Positions 14,301 through 29,600 of a stretch of DNA of 64,000 nt are shown here, piece after piece; positions within the stretch are counted from its first letter, which is position 1, and the number at the start of each line of letters is the position of its first letter. The stretch covers positions 303,428,001-303,492,000 of the forward strand of contig OZ024740.1 of assembly GCA_964016885.1 (NCBI GenBank). The letters are read 5' to 3'. Source of the DNA: Eledone cirrhosa. Its lineage: Eukaryota. The notes below the pieces were generated by a model. That model searched no databases. It saw only the letters and a program-made list of their open reading frames with translations, and was not told the origin of the DNA. Made by a program: the position numbers and the translations under genes.

Positions 14301-17300
14301 GAAAATAATGAAGAACAGCTTAACATAGCTTAAGCTTTTCATTAAGTTGATGTTTGAAACATTACTTTAAAAAAAAGTTGTTACATAAAATCATGATGGA
14401 AGATTTTAATATAAATATAAACACTTTACAACAGGCAGTTGTGTATTATAAAACCAAAAGTGAATTTATGCAAAAGGTTAAATTAATACTGCCTCGAAGA
14501 ATCTAGTTCAATTTCTGGTAGCATGGAAAAGTAGACATAAAAATCATGACAACCGACCAGTGAAATGGCTAAATATACTTTGACTGCTAAGTTGCATCCA
14601 ATAACGAGATGGCCAACTAACACATAATATAATGTACATCATGGTAATATATGGTAGTAGGGGGGGATGATTACAACCAGGTACTCTCGGGTCCCAAATA
14701 ATAGGGAAAGTCAGAATAAGTGCTGGGGGGGGGGGGGGGGGGTCTAAGTTGATTTTTTTTAAAACGAGAATTAGTCAGTTTACATACTGAGACCCCAACC
14801 CATCCTATTTATTTTATAACTTATGGGATTTCTTGCATTGTACTTTTCAATGTCTAAAGAAAATTGTCACAAGGAATGTTACCACTTAAAATAAAATTTC
14901 ACCAGATATAGATTAGCAAAATTTAATAAACAGAGGAGTTGGAAAAAAATCTGAAAAATTAATATGCAGAGGCTGGGGGAACATTATTCAAGACCTGAGA
15001 GTAATAACCTGTAGTAGTATTGCATAGTGGGTGTAATGAATAATTCTATTAACAGCCTGTAGTAGGTGTGGTATATCTTAGGTGAAAGATATACGAGATA
15101 CATTTAAGTGTTATATTGGTTACTCCAACACAGTAAGGTTACTCAGGTAAAGCTGTCAGGTTATACACATCTTATGTAATTTCAGCTGGATTCAGTAAAT
15201 TGGTCAGTTGTCCAACATATTACCATCACTGTGACAACATATAAAGTCCGTCTTAAGCAGACGCTTATTTCAGTTTCATGGCGTAAAGCGACAGAGTATA
15301 AGACTTCTCCCTGGACAGGACACCATTTTCAGCTGAGTATACTGGAGCAACGTGAAATGAAGTGTTTTGCTCAAGAACTCAACGCGAAACCCAGCACATG
15401 ATTTAAAGTCTAACACCTTTATCACTAGGCCACGTGCCTCCACATAAACATATACAAAAGATTAATTTGACATCTTACTTTTTAAGAAATTCAAACTGTT
15501 CAGGAATATCAGAGCATCCAAAATCTGTGGTCCATGCATGACCGATGGTGAACTTATGGAACCGAAACATATCCATCACACTGAAAAATATATAACAAAA
15601 ACAATTTTTATAATCCATTAGACACAAAAATAATTTCAATTTCCACTTACTGAAACAAAATATTTCCTCAGTAATTCATTCACAACTACTTTGGCAAATA
15701 GGGAGAGGCTTTTAATCCTTTTATCACTGTATTTCTAATGAAATACACTATTTTAATTAATTAATGAAAAACTTTGAGGGATTTATTAAAATTATTAATC
15801 ATTTCATTTGTGGTTGGCATTAGGAAGGGCATCCAGCCATAGAAACCAAGCCAAAATCAGTTCTGTATGAGCAAGACATGGTCATCCAATCTGGCTTATC
15901 TAACAATGCGAGAGCTCGTTTGACCCATGCTAGCATAGAAAATGGACGTTAAACAGTGATGACAATGATGATGATTTTATTACTAAGATAGTAACTTAAT
16001 GTAAAGTTCTTATATAAAATTATGTTAGATTTTAATTTAAATTGGAAACCTTTAAAATGGGTGGTAACTAAAGGATTAATCTCTTTCTTTTTTTCACTTC
16101 ATATTAAATGCTTGTGTATAGTTTATCAATGATGGTGCTTGATGTATATATATATTTATGTGTGGTTATATGCTTGTGTGTGTATGTATACAATAACCAT
16201 TATTTGGCTTCATGACCTGGCAGTGAATGGATATAGTTGAAGAAATTCAAATATTTTCCTTTCTAAGTTACCCTCTGCCTCAGAGTTCCGGCCAACAGGA
16301 TGAAGAATACATTGCTCCAGAGGATAGCAAGGGAAACACGCTGAAACAGCCATCATTCTTGCGGGCAGCCAACTCCACTCAGAATAGGGATATGGTCCGG
16401 GAACCAAGAACGTCATGTCTTTAGCACAACTAAAGAGTCCTCTTTTTGTTTGGCAAGTTTTCTATTTTATCATCATCATTTCTACATTCATTTTTCCATG
16501 CTTGCATGGGTTGGACAGGTCCGTCCCAGTACGGCATCTCTCCACACGATGTGTTCCTTCGTCATCTCCTCTGCCAGTCTTATCGATTTGAGGTCAGCTT
16601 CTTTTTTAGAAAGGAAAATGGCCTTAAAACATTTGTATATAAATATATAAAATTATTAAAACTTACCCCACTTGAGCAAGAGCAACACCATACAGCTCTG
16701 GACGTTGGTTAATACAAGCTGCTACAAGCAGTCCACCATTTGATTGACCATGGATGACAAGTCTTCAAAGTAAAGATTTAAAATGTTAATATTTGGAAGC
16801 TGTTTATAACAAGATATCACTTTATTGTAAAGCAATATTTGTGTTACATACATACACATCATAACTGTTATAGCAGTGGGTGTGATAATTGGGTGTAGTA
16901 TGTCCAGCTAACAACCTGTAGTAGATTATAAGATAGTGGGTGTGGTACGACCAGGTAACAACTTGTAGTGGTATTATAAAGAAGTGTGTATGGTGATTGG
17001 GTGTGATATGTTCAGGTAACAATTTGTAGTTGTATTATAAAGTAGGTGTGGTGTGACCAGGTAACAACCTTTAGTGGTATTACAAGGTAGTGGGTGTGAT
17101 GTGTCCAGGTAACCACCTGTAGTGATATTGTAAGGTAGTAGTGTGGTGATTCTATCCAGTTATCAAACCTATAGTAGATTGTAAGGTAGCGGGTGTGGTG
17201 ATTATATCCAGGTAACAACCTAGAGTAGACCTTTCTTCTATTTAACCTGACATTACAACATATATTAATTAACTTAAAATTACTTACTTTTTGGAGCAAG

Positions 17301-20300
17301 TGTACTTTTGCTTAATGAGATATTCAGCAGCAGCATGGAAATCATCAAAGACATTCTGCTTTTTGGCATGGGTGCCACTCTTGTGCCATTTTTCACCATA
17401 CTCCCTAGCAACACAAAACATGAATGTAATGAGGTGTCTGAGAAATTAGCAGTTATTAAGTTATATACATAGAGATATGTAGAGAACCTTAAAGTAAGTT
17501 ACATATACATGAGAGATATGTGAAGAAGCCTAAATTAAGCTACATACATATGAAAGATGTCAAGAAGCCTAAATTAAGCTACATACATATGAAAGATATG
17601 TGAAGAAACCTAAATTAAGCTACATACATATGAAAGATATGGCTTGTGAGAGCTATACAAGCCATGTATAAAGAGACAGTCAGCAAGGTTAGAATTAACA
17701 ACGAATATAGTGAAGAGTTTAACGTAAAAGTTGGCATCCATCAGGGCTCTGTTCTCAGCCCCCTACTATTTATTATTGCCCTTCAGGAGTTCAAGACCGG
17801 CTGCCCATGGGAACTCCTATACACAGACGACCTAACACTCATAGCTGAATCAATGGCCGAGCTAGAGAAGAAATTCCAAACATGGAAGCACGGCCTTAAA
17901 ATTAACCTGGCTAAGACCAAAGTTCTAGTTTGTAGGAAAGAAAATAAGGCGGCGGTCCCTTCCGGGAAGTGGCCATGCTCAGTGTGTAGGAAAGGCGTAG
18001 GTAGAAACTCCATTTTGTGTCAGAAATGCAAAGTATGGGTGCATAAAGGATGTAGTGGGATCACAGGTAAGCTAACTAAGAACATAGATTTCACATGTGG
18101 CCGGTGCTCTGGTGCAATAAGTAGCAGCAAGTGCCCACAAAATACTAGCTCTTTCAACTGCGCAGAGGGCTCTATAGAAATAGTGGACAGCTTCCGTTAC
18201 CTGGGTGATAAAATCAGCAGTGGGGGAGGGTGCTCTGAAAGTACAGTAGCTAGAGTCAGAACTGGATGGAAAAAGTTCAGAGAGCTTATACCACTATTAG
18301 CCGCTAAAGGGTTCTCCCTAAAAATGAAAGGCAGGTTGTATGATGCCTGCATACGAACAGCAATGTTGCATGGCAGTGAGACCTGGGCATTGTGTGCAGA
18401 GGATATACGCAGACTAGAGAGGAACGAAGCTTGCATGCTCCGCTGGATGTGTAATAGTAATATACGTGAACGGCAAAGCATAAACGAACTAAGGAAAAAA
18501 TTAGAAATAAGAGGGATCAGATGTTGTTTACTCGAGAGAAGGCTACGTTGGTATGGACACGTGATGCGCATGAAAGTCGATAGCTGTATAACAAAGTGCA
18601 GGGCAATAAAGATAGACGGTAGCCACGGAATAGGCAGACCCAGAAAAACCTGGGACGAGCTGATAAACTCCGACCTCACACACTTACACCTCTCCAAGAC
18701 AATGTCACTGGACCGAGACCTTTGGCGGTACTCAGTAATAGAGAAGACCCGCCTTACCTAAATACATAGTAACACCTACTACAGTCAGTAGGCATCTCTA
18801 ACAAAATACACCCCCGTCCCACCACCCCCACCCCATCCACACCTCCCCCTTCTATGTAAAGTTATGTTGGTGCCACACCATCCAGGCCGAAACAAATGAG
18901 ATCGTGTAGGTGTCACGACAAAAAAACACACAGTCCACGCTGTAATGTGGCCGTGTAGGCAACACGGTAAAAACCTCCCAGACCCACACTGTAAATGTGG
19001 TTGGTGTTAGGAAGGGCATCCAACTGTAGAAAACCTGCCAGACAGTCCTATGCGAGCAAGACAATCACTCTTGCCTCAAGTGGGAAAACCCCTGTCCAAA
19101 CCCATGCAAGCGTGGAACACGGACGTTAAACGTTGGTGATGATGATGATGATGATGGTTATATAGTAACATTGAAATTAAATTGGTTTGGTATGATAACA
19201 TTGGTTGAAGATTATTTTTGTTTCCAGTAAATATAGGAGACAATATGGACATGTTTTAGTCTTATTCTGACATTATCAGTGAAACATAGCCATCACTGCA
19301 TTTCTAAAGTGGTAATGTAAGAATAACTAGGTAAATGTACAAAATATGAAGGTTAGCTGAACAGTTCATAGTGACCAAGATACTCTCATGGAGTGACCAA
19401 ATGAGGTGTATTTTTCAACATAGTCCCTGGAAAGAGACAATGCAGTTATTAATAAGAAGAGTTGAAATTAATGCATGCAAGATTTCACGGCACTAGCAAC
19501 ACTCCATGTAAAATCTGTCCAGTAATTCTTTTCTGAAACATTCTAACTACATGCTTATAGTATTGGAGCTATGATCTCTCAATTCGGAGAAGTAGTGGCT
19601 CTACCTGAAGTAATTCTCTGATCTCTGAGCTACACACTATCGAGTAACATTACCCTAAAGACCCTTTGAAGGAACCCAAAAAAGCGGCCGAACAGAAATT
19701 CTGAAATAGAAATATCATGTAGGAAAAGGGAAATATAAAATATTAGCTGCTACTTACCCACCACCTCGAATGTTGGCTAGAGCATACACACCATCTAAAT
19801 CCTTGAGGAAAACCAACCTTGAGACACTGAATGTTGGTTTTATTGAGATGTCAAACCCTCCATAACCATACAAAAATGTTGGTGTGTTACCATTAAGGAC
19901 CAAATTCTAAAATGAGAAAAAAATATTAAACTGAAAGTTGAATGACTGTCAAAATTGTGTCAATAATTTCAAGCAACCTGAATCTTAAAAGACAGTGAGA
20001 CATTACATTGGGACAAGGCTATGAATTTGTAGCCATGTAGGTTAACCAATTTTATCATACTAATACATAACTGATACTTATTGCTACCAAGCTTTCCATT
20101 TAGTGGTTATACTTTCTGATTTCCTCGATGCTGCAGTTAAGACTTTATAAGTGGATTTTAACCATACAATTTATTGAACAATGCACATGACAGATCTTAC
20201 CATAGAAGACACACAGGAGATCTTAATGTAGAAGACACATGATAGATCATCATCGTCGTCGTTTAATGTCCATTTTCGATGGTTAGATGGGTTGTCCCAT

Positions 20301-23300
20301 TTAAAGCAAGTTGGGTCTGGTGACCGTGTCTTGCTCACACAGAACTGTTTCCGACTTGGTTTCTACAGCTGGATGCCCTTCCAAACATCAACCACATTTA
20401 CATAAAAAACATACAATAGAACTTACTGTAAAAAACATGTGACATCTTACTGTCTTTTTACAGAAAACATGCAATAGACTTTATTGTAGAAAGATTGCAA
20501 TAAATCTTTTTACAAACGCAATAGATTTTATTACATAAAACCCACAATGAATATTATTGCATAAGAGATGATAGATTTTATTGTAGAAAACATTTGATAC
20601 TCTCATGTTTCAAATAATTGTTCCCTTCCCTCGCTTATTAATTTTTCACATTTTTCCACCCCCTCCCGCTCTTCACTCCCACCCACCCCCCAAAAATACT
20701 AGAAATCCCATAAAATAAATAGGATATGTTGAGATCTCAATATGAAAACTAAACGACTAATTCTGTTTTTTTAAAAATCAAGAGAAAAAGCCTAAAAAAT
20801 TTAACAATTTTCAAACCCAGCTGCCTATTCAACCCCTCCCCTTTTATTTGGGACCTGAAAGTAGATCCATTCTAAGAGCAAACAAAGATCGGAAATATGT
20901 CTAAATGGTAATAAATCTCACAAAATTGTTTATAAGATATCTTACTTTTTTATGGACCAGAAACATTGGAATCTTGGTTCCATCTTTGCTAGGATAAAAT
21001 ACTTGTTTAACTTCAAACTGGCTGAAGTCAAAATTATTCACTTTAATCACTCGGAATACCTGTTGAAAAAAAGAAAGGGAAAAAATTAGGATACTTCTAT
21101 AAGACAATTTTTCAAAATTCATATAATATAGATTGGATTTTGTATAGAATTTTTTTAATCAAATTCTTCAATATATCCCTATACTAATCTTTCTTAGTTT
21201 CAACAACTATAATGTCTTTCTTGCACAAACTCAACCCTTTAGTTACCAAACCCGCCAAAACCAGCTCTGGTTCTATGAAATAAAACCACCCATTTTAAAG
21301 GTTTCCAATTTAAATTTAAATTTTCCAACATAATTTATATAAGAACCTTACATTAAGTTAATATCTTAATAATGAAATAATTAATAATTTTAGTAAATCC
21401 CTCAAAATTCTTAATTAATTAAAATAGTCTATTTCATTAGGAATATGTTCATGAAAGGGTTAAACAACTTTTTCACTTCAAAAACTGACTGGGATCAGGC
21501 TGGTGCTTATCCCCGTGGTGTGAAGCAACTGAGAGTACAAGACTTCCCCTGGACAGGACACCAGTCCATCACAAGGTTAAATCCCCAGCTATTGCTGCTA
21601 GTACTCATTTTCAGCTGAGTATACTAGAGCAATGTGAAATGAAATGTTTTGCTCAAGAACACAACACACAACTCAGTCCAAAAATCGAACCCAGTACATT
21701 ATGATCGTAAGTCCAACACCCTTACCACTAGGCCACGTGCCACCATAATAAGCAATAAAAAAAACTTTTTTATATCCTTAAATAAACAAACAGCAATATG
21801 CCATGACAGAACCCTAAACAGAGAAGTAGAATGTTTTACAGCTTATTTCCTATGTTGTGTAGAATTACCTACCTCAGGAGTTGGTTTATCAACTGTCATA
21901 TCTACATGATAGATAATGCCAGGAGTCAGGAAAGACATGAAGTGGATAAAAATCTACAATAATGAGATGAAAATAAAATATTAAATGCATGACAAAATAC
22001 AACACAAATATTTTAAGGTTACTTTCCCAGCTAAAGAAAAGGCTTGCCCTGCAGGGACCCATGACAAGCTTCTCTGTTTTACCCTATTGTCTGCATCCCC
22101 CTTTCCTAGCTTTCCTTTCTTCCTTCATCATCTTTAGCCATGTCTTTCTGGGTCTTCCCCTTCCTCTACTTCCTTCCACATTTAATTTTCATTACTCTTA
22201 TTAATTTATTTTGTTCCTCAACAAATGACTCAACCATCTCCTTCCATTTCTCTTCACATCATTCATCACTGGCTCTAATCCCATTATACCACCAAACCAT
22301 TCTCATTCTTTCTAGCCTTCTGTTGCTTTATATTCATCATCCATGTTTCTTCCCAATAAATCATGGCACCTCTCAATTTCAGTGACTCTCCTCTCTTCAT
22401 TAACATACCACTCAGTTTCCAGCACTTCTTCCATTCACATCTCACTCTATTGTCAGAGACTGATCCACCCTCTCTATTCAACATGTCTTCCAAGGTAACA
22501 AAACATTTTCAGTTCCCAAGAACCAGCTCAACATCCTCTCCATCTGTAGTTCCCTCCATACAGACTTTACACTTAAATGTAGCTGCCACATTATCAAATA
22601 ATACTTTTACACCACTACATACATGACCAACTCTCTGTTCTTTCCATACTACCACATGCTTTACCCCTTTCCATCACCTTCATACCTTTTGCCTCCATAC
22701 ATTCCTTCTACCAATTCATTTTCTTCACTCCATCCATACTTTCTGCTATACACAAGGTCATCTGTGTTTGGTACTCCCATCCATAGTAAATCCCCCTTTA
22801 CAGTTTAGGTCAGCACCTACATCATAACTACAACTAGTAATGGGTTTAAAGCTGATCTCTGATGCATTCAACCGTCATATCAAACTCATCACTGATCTTG
22901 TCTTTTGTCCTTACAACTATACAAACTTTCTCCTACTCTTATTACTACTCTAAGTAACCATTCCTCCATGTTAAAAGCTTTCTTCAGATCAACAAACCCA
23001 TAAAACAAATTCTTCCTCTTGGCCCTGAATTTCTCCTGTAACTACTTAACAATAGACATTGTATTGGTTATTCCTTTTCCTGGCACTTCATCAATCTTCA
23101 CTATTTTCCTTATCCACTTCTTTAACACACTTTCCAATACTGTAATTCCATGAAACAATTGCTTCATTGCTCTATAAATACCAGTCTAGTAGACTGCCTT
23201 TCCTCTCATACAGAAGGATGAGAGTACTCAACTCTCAATCCACTGGAATATGGTCTTTTTTCACCACCAACCTACAGATTTCTGTCATCCTCTTCACATC

Positions 23301-26300
23301 CTAACTTCCTGCTGCCTTTCACATATCTCCCACACGACTGTGTCAGCCTTCCTGCCCTTCCACCTCAATGTTTCCTCAACTAACTCCTCTGCTGATTCAG
23401 TTACAGGATTGCTTTCCGTTTCCATCCCATTCATTCTCCACATTCAACAATCTCTCTATATATCTCTTCCACCTTTCCTAAGTCAGTCTCAAGTTTGGAG
23501 GCTCATTAGGCCGGTATTTATCCCAGTTTTGTGGTGTGAAATAACAGAGTACAAGACTACCCACTGGACAGGATGCTCGTCCATTACACAGTTAAACCCC
23601 CAGCTATTGCTGAAATTCATTTTCAGCTGAGTATACTGGAGCAACGTTAAATGACTACAACACACAACCCAGCCCAGAAATCAACCCCCAGGATGTTATG
23701 ACCCTAAGTCCAACAGCCTTAACACTAGGCCACGTGCCTCCAACAATATATAAAACATATCACAAATACATTTAAAGTATTTTGTCATATCATATAAAAC
23801 ATGACAAATTAACTAAATGTAAGTAGAAGATAAAACCATAAAAAAGCAGTTCACATTAACTAAATGAAACACACCTCTTTACTTTTCTTTCTTCCTGAAC
23901 AACCAATTATGGTACCGATGTCTAAAGGTATCTCAGCTTCTAGTTTCCCAGTTTCCAGTTGATGTATATACAGTTTGTTCTAGAAAGAAAATAAGTCATA
24001 ATTGATTATGGAATGAGCAAAATATATTTTAAAAGATCTAATAACCATACATAACAAAGGTAAAACTATATATATATATATACAAAGCTCAAATGTATGT
24101 AGAGAATTATATAGTAGTTTCAGAATTAGCTCAATGTGTTTATATATTATATTGGTCTGAAGAAAAAGTAGATTTCTTTTTTAGGGAGAAAAAGTTGGAA
24201 AGTTAGGCATAAACACAGAGCTATGCCAATGGGTTGACTTAAGATGTCCTCATCCTGTGTAAAGTGGGAATTGAATTTCTGATATATTCTGCTTCAATTT
24301 AATATGGTTATTTTAATCCTCCGAAGATGGAGAAGTACAAATATCTATATATCATTGTGTATGTTTAAATCTTGATTATACAAATTTTCACTTAACATTA
24401 TTCAAATAATTTGATGTACAACTCTCTTGAAACATGTGTAAGGAATTTAAAAAATGATTTAAAAGCTATTTTTTCCATCTATATATTTGTTTATATATAT
24501 ATATATATATGCAAAAAGTAAACAATGAAGAATAAATTAGTTTAATGCTTGATATATATGGGTGTATAATTCAATTACCTTAACATCTTTTAAGTAGCAA
24601 AGTACTAGTTTATTCTGGTTGACACAGGAAGCCCATTCTAAAACAGCATTTTTATCTTCTTCAACAAGAGTCTTCCAATTCTCCTGTTAAAGCAAAGGAG
24701 GAACAAGTTAAAATGTGAGAGAGAGAGATAAGAGACATACAGAGAAATATGAAGGGGAGACAAACAAAGAGGGGGAGAGAGAGAGAGAGACAGCAACAGA
24801 AAGAAGCAGGAGAGAGAGGAAGAAGAGAGAGAATTTCAATGGAAATGTAATTACCGGTTCTGGATGTTCAAAGTCAATATTGATAATTTTATACTTTGGT
24901 GCATTCAAGTTGGTGAGGAAAGTGAAGACGCTGCCTTCATTAGTGATATACTGAAATGGAATAATACAAAGCCATAACAAATATATAATAGACCAATACT
25001 GGAACAACACTTTAGATACAATATTACTTGAAACAGGTGCAGTAAGGTGGAACAGGCTGGCAGTAAAAAAACACATTTTATTTCACTGGGTGTATGACAT
25101 GGACACTTGGGTCTTTATAGACTGAGTCAATAGTCAAGCAGGGCTACTACTGACCTCACAGATGGGCATTCATTTCTATTCCTCATCAGAAAACAGTACA
25201 GCTCCCATGACTTTGGAAACATTTTTTCACAGTTGCTGAAGCATGAAAGAATCTACCTGCATCAGTTGTTAGCTGTTGGGACACTGCATCCTTCAAAACT
25301 TCCATGCTTCCTGAAATTCGCCACCACTACACCTGCTATTCCCCCTCCATACACACACACACACACATGTGTGTGTGTGTGTGTATGTATCATGACATAC
25401 TATTCACTTTCCTGACTTTTGTCGAGGGGCAATTATTTGAGACCTGAGAGTATTTTCAAAATCTGTATTTATTAATCATAGTAGATTAGTTAAATAGTAA
25501 CAGCTAAGTAGCTGATAATTTGCCTTATGTGCTAGATCTAGGGATGTGGTGTGGAATTTCGAAATCTCTAGGGATTCCATGATAGAAAAAGGTTAAGAAC
25601 TATTGCTCTATACAGTCACTAAATATGCTAGAAAAAGTAGCCTAATCTGTCAAATCAAAGCCTACTGCCTTAATCCTTTTCTTACCATACTTCTAATAAA
25701 AAGAAACTGCCAGTGATTTTGAATGAGGGATTTAGTAAAATAACTAATTTCCTCCAAAGGGTCTTTGGAGTAGCGTTACTCATGAGAGTGCAAAGCTCAG
25801 AGATCAGAAAATCCCTCCAGGTAGAGCCGCTACTTCTCCGAATTGAGAGATCACAGCTCTGACACTATGGACTTATAGTTACAATGTCTTAGGAAAGAAT
25901 TGCTGGACAGATTCTACAGGCAAAACAAACCAGTAGGAGACCCAGGAGTAGTCCCCGAGCAAGATGGTTGGATAACATCCATGGGCTTGGCTGGTCTTGC
26001 TTGGGTATCCAGCCAGATCAGTTAGAAATGGTTGCTTCTAACTGGGCCCACTGCAAGGACTGTTTAAGGACTCTGCCCTCCATGACCCTCTCAGCAATAA
26101 GTGTGTGAAGAAGAAGAGGTACAAAGAGTTATATTTACATCATATTGGGCATCAAAGTTATCAACAAGTTTCACATATGGCAGATTTTCTGAAATAAATA
26201 AATAAGAATGTTTATGTTGATGATTATGTAAATTTGTATTATAGAATGAATTGTTTATAACAATATACATATATTCATTTTATTAAGGCTGAATAGAGAG

Positions 26301-26617
26301 TTTTGTTACTCTGGAGTTTTGCAGCAAAACTCCAGAGTAACAAGATTCACTATTCAGCCTTAATAAAATGAATATTAAAACTACTTCAATATTGAGTACG
26401 CCTTTCTCTCAGCCATCAACCACAAGAATATCTTACCTGTAATGCCATTTGGAAGTTTATCAAGTTCAACATAAAACAATCGGTTGACCGGATCGCATCC
26501 TTCATTAGGTGACAGCAAGAGATACTTGCCACAGACACTCACTTCAGCACCTCTATAAAAAAGGAAAATAATATACAAATTAATTATATCGATATATAAT
26601 ATATATAGGCACATACA

Positions 26618-26660
<43 letters not shown>

Positions 26661-29600
26661 CAGTATTGGCAAATGCCAGAATCAATACTTAAAACTATAA
26701 TAAAAATTAATGGTTTATTAAAGCTGATCCAGACCCAGTTGGGATCAACCACATACATGTATATATATATATATATATAGTAAAACTTTAAAGAGGTGTA
26801 TAATAATAGTAGTTCGGCTTGGTGATATCTTCAACAAATTGTTGTACTCATATAGTTCCAAGCCTAATTTTTTTTTTAAATGTTAACACGAAACATAATT
26901 TAAAATTATTCACTTAATATTTCAGAGTCAAATTTCCACATTTATCAGTTTAAATAGTTTTAGTTTAAGATTTTCAGTTTATTTATAAACAAAACAATAT
27001 TGGATAATTTGCGGTCCTTTTTACATTGCAACAATTATGTTTGTCAACAATTTACACGAGAAAGAGGACAACTCTATTGCCTGGTACAAGACAATAATGT
27101 TGTTGGTATTCTTGCTGTGTATATTGTGATTCAGTCAACTGTGTATATTGTGATTCAGTCAACTGTGCTGTTGCTTGTGATCTAGTATGTTGCTGGTAGT
27201 TTGTATAGTTTCAGTATCAGAGAATACAAAAATAATCTGACAACACTTAGTTACAACATTAGGTTATCAAGGAAGATGTAGGGAACTTCTCTCAGTGTAG
27301 GGGTTATTCAAATAGCAGGAAATGTTAACAGAGGTAATTGCAATTGATATCATATGAAGGAGAGAAAATATTCAAGGTAAATGTTATCAATAATGTACAA
27401 CAAATCTAGGAATTACAACACTGAAAAATAAAGGTAAATATAGAGGTAGGATAAAAACTAAGATTGGATGGAGTCAGAGAACATTTGAAAAGTATCTGCA
27501 GTAGGAGCAGCCAAAACAGTAATATAAACATATGAAGCTAAAGAAAAATGTTTGAGAGGTATTCTTGGGACCCAAATAACAAGTGGGGTGGAATAAGCAA
27601 GTGATGATGATGATGTTCCTAACCAAGAAAGTCATCAAGCTATTTACTGACTTGTTGGGAACTAGATACTGCACTATAAAACTTCAATGATTCCACTGTA
27701 ACTCACCAACTTAAAAACATTGGTTTGATGTAAACTTTCAACTATTGTTTCTTGAGTAAGCATAATGTCTCTTTGCAAAACAAAAGTTCACATGTTACAA
27801 ACCTGTCCTTCCCTTCATTTTGTAAGGCAGAGAGATACTGACCTGCTACTAAACACACATCAGAAAACTGAAAAAATTCCCCCTAATATGTTTATCAACA
27901 TCAGATAGCAAGAAAAAGTACTATACACACATATTCTTTCCAGGTACAAAATACCAGACTTGTATACTTCACATTTATGGCATATATAATCCTTTCCTTT
28001 CTTATACAGCCTGATCTGCCCTTTTTTACCCTTTCCCCCTTGTTCTTTCATTACTTAATTTTGTTTTTATCTTTTTTTAATATTTTCATCATTGTATAAC
28101 TTTTGTTTGTAAAATATAGTTGACATAATAAAACCATAGCTATAAAAAAAAGAATTAATGAAATATTTATGGATATTTGGTGAATCAATATGATATTGAT
28201 CTAGTGGTCATAGAAATCATCTTAGGATGAAGAAAACATAGGAGGAAAGTAAAAAGAGATTTAATATTAACATTTAAACAACATCAAATAGCCCATACAA
28301 ATTATGAAAAAATCTTGAACTATTAACCCCTCAAACTCATAGTGGTAAGAAACTCTCAAGAGAACTGGACAGGAGAAGGTCTTCAGAGAAGAAACCCACC
28401 TCAATTTAGGAATCAACTACAGAAAATGACCAAACAAATTTTAATGATTGAGAAATACCCAAAATGTTGGGTATACTATGGAGGTATACTAGCAATTGAT
28501 GATGATGATGATGAAGATATATAAAGCTACATTACAAAAGTGCAAGGGAACTTTGATGATCAAATATAAAGGAATAATTTGGGAGATGTCAGAATTAGAA
28601 TATTCCAAACGAAATTTGGATGTGAAAGGTGCCAGAGTTTAGAAAGAGCCAGGGAGGTAAAACAAACAGAAAAAGTTGTGTTTTGAAAATAGAAAAACAA
28701 CCTGTAGTTTGGGACGAAGATAGTTTCTGGGACAGAACCTTTTTCTCCAGACTTCAGAATTCCAGAATGGACATTTCTTTGTTCATATTTCACTTGGGCA
28801 TTATCTGAACAGGAAACCGATGAAGTATATTGGTAATAAGGGTAACTATAATAATTTGGGTAACCCCCATAGTAAGGGTAGCCATACTGATACCATGCCT
28901 GAGAGTATGATTGGTCACCTACATAGGAATATGATGCTGCTTGATTTGAAAAGGAAGATGGACTTGACTGAGTAAAAGTATTAGAAGTTTGAGGACTAGA
29001 TAGGGGTGTAGGAGACGAAGGTGGAGATTGATAACTTGGACATATAGAATTGAAGCTATTAGAAACTGGTACCACTGAAGAAGTAGAATAAAGAGAGGAG
29101 TTTTGTGGCTCAGAATAAGAATAATTTCCTGGTTGTTGCCATGTTGTAGAATATGTTGTTGGTGAATACCAACTGCCCTGTTGCTGACCAGAATTTAGAG
29201 GAAAGCTATTATTATCCTGTCTAACTGATGAATAGCCAGTATTGGCTTTTTGATATTGGTAGGGGATCTTTTCTGTATTGTTTGTGTTATACTGTTGATG
29301 TGGCAAATCATAATGTGATGTAGGGCTTGAGTTAAACATGTAGCCACTATTTATATTGTTAGGTTGTGTCACAGCTGGGTAGTAGCTGTTGTTTATGTTA
29401 TTAGGTTGTGTCACAGCTGGGTAGTAGCTGTTGTTTATGTTATTAGATTGCACCATAACTGGATAGTTGTTACTATTTATGATGTTAGGTTGTGACATAG
29501 CTGGGAAATAGCTATTTTGATTACTATTGGATTGTTCTGTAGCTGAGTAGCTGCTATTGCTGGATAACCCATTAATTGGTTTGATATTATTGTTAGATGA

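Noticed and set aside
18197-18697. Antisense ORFs over LINE copies (also 39241-40383, 44415-45146)
   Set aside because: These are shadow frames of the RT coding sequence.
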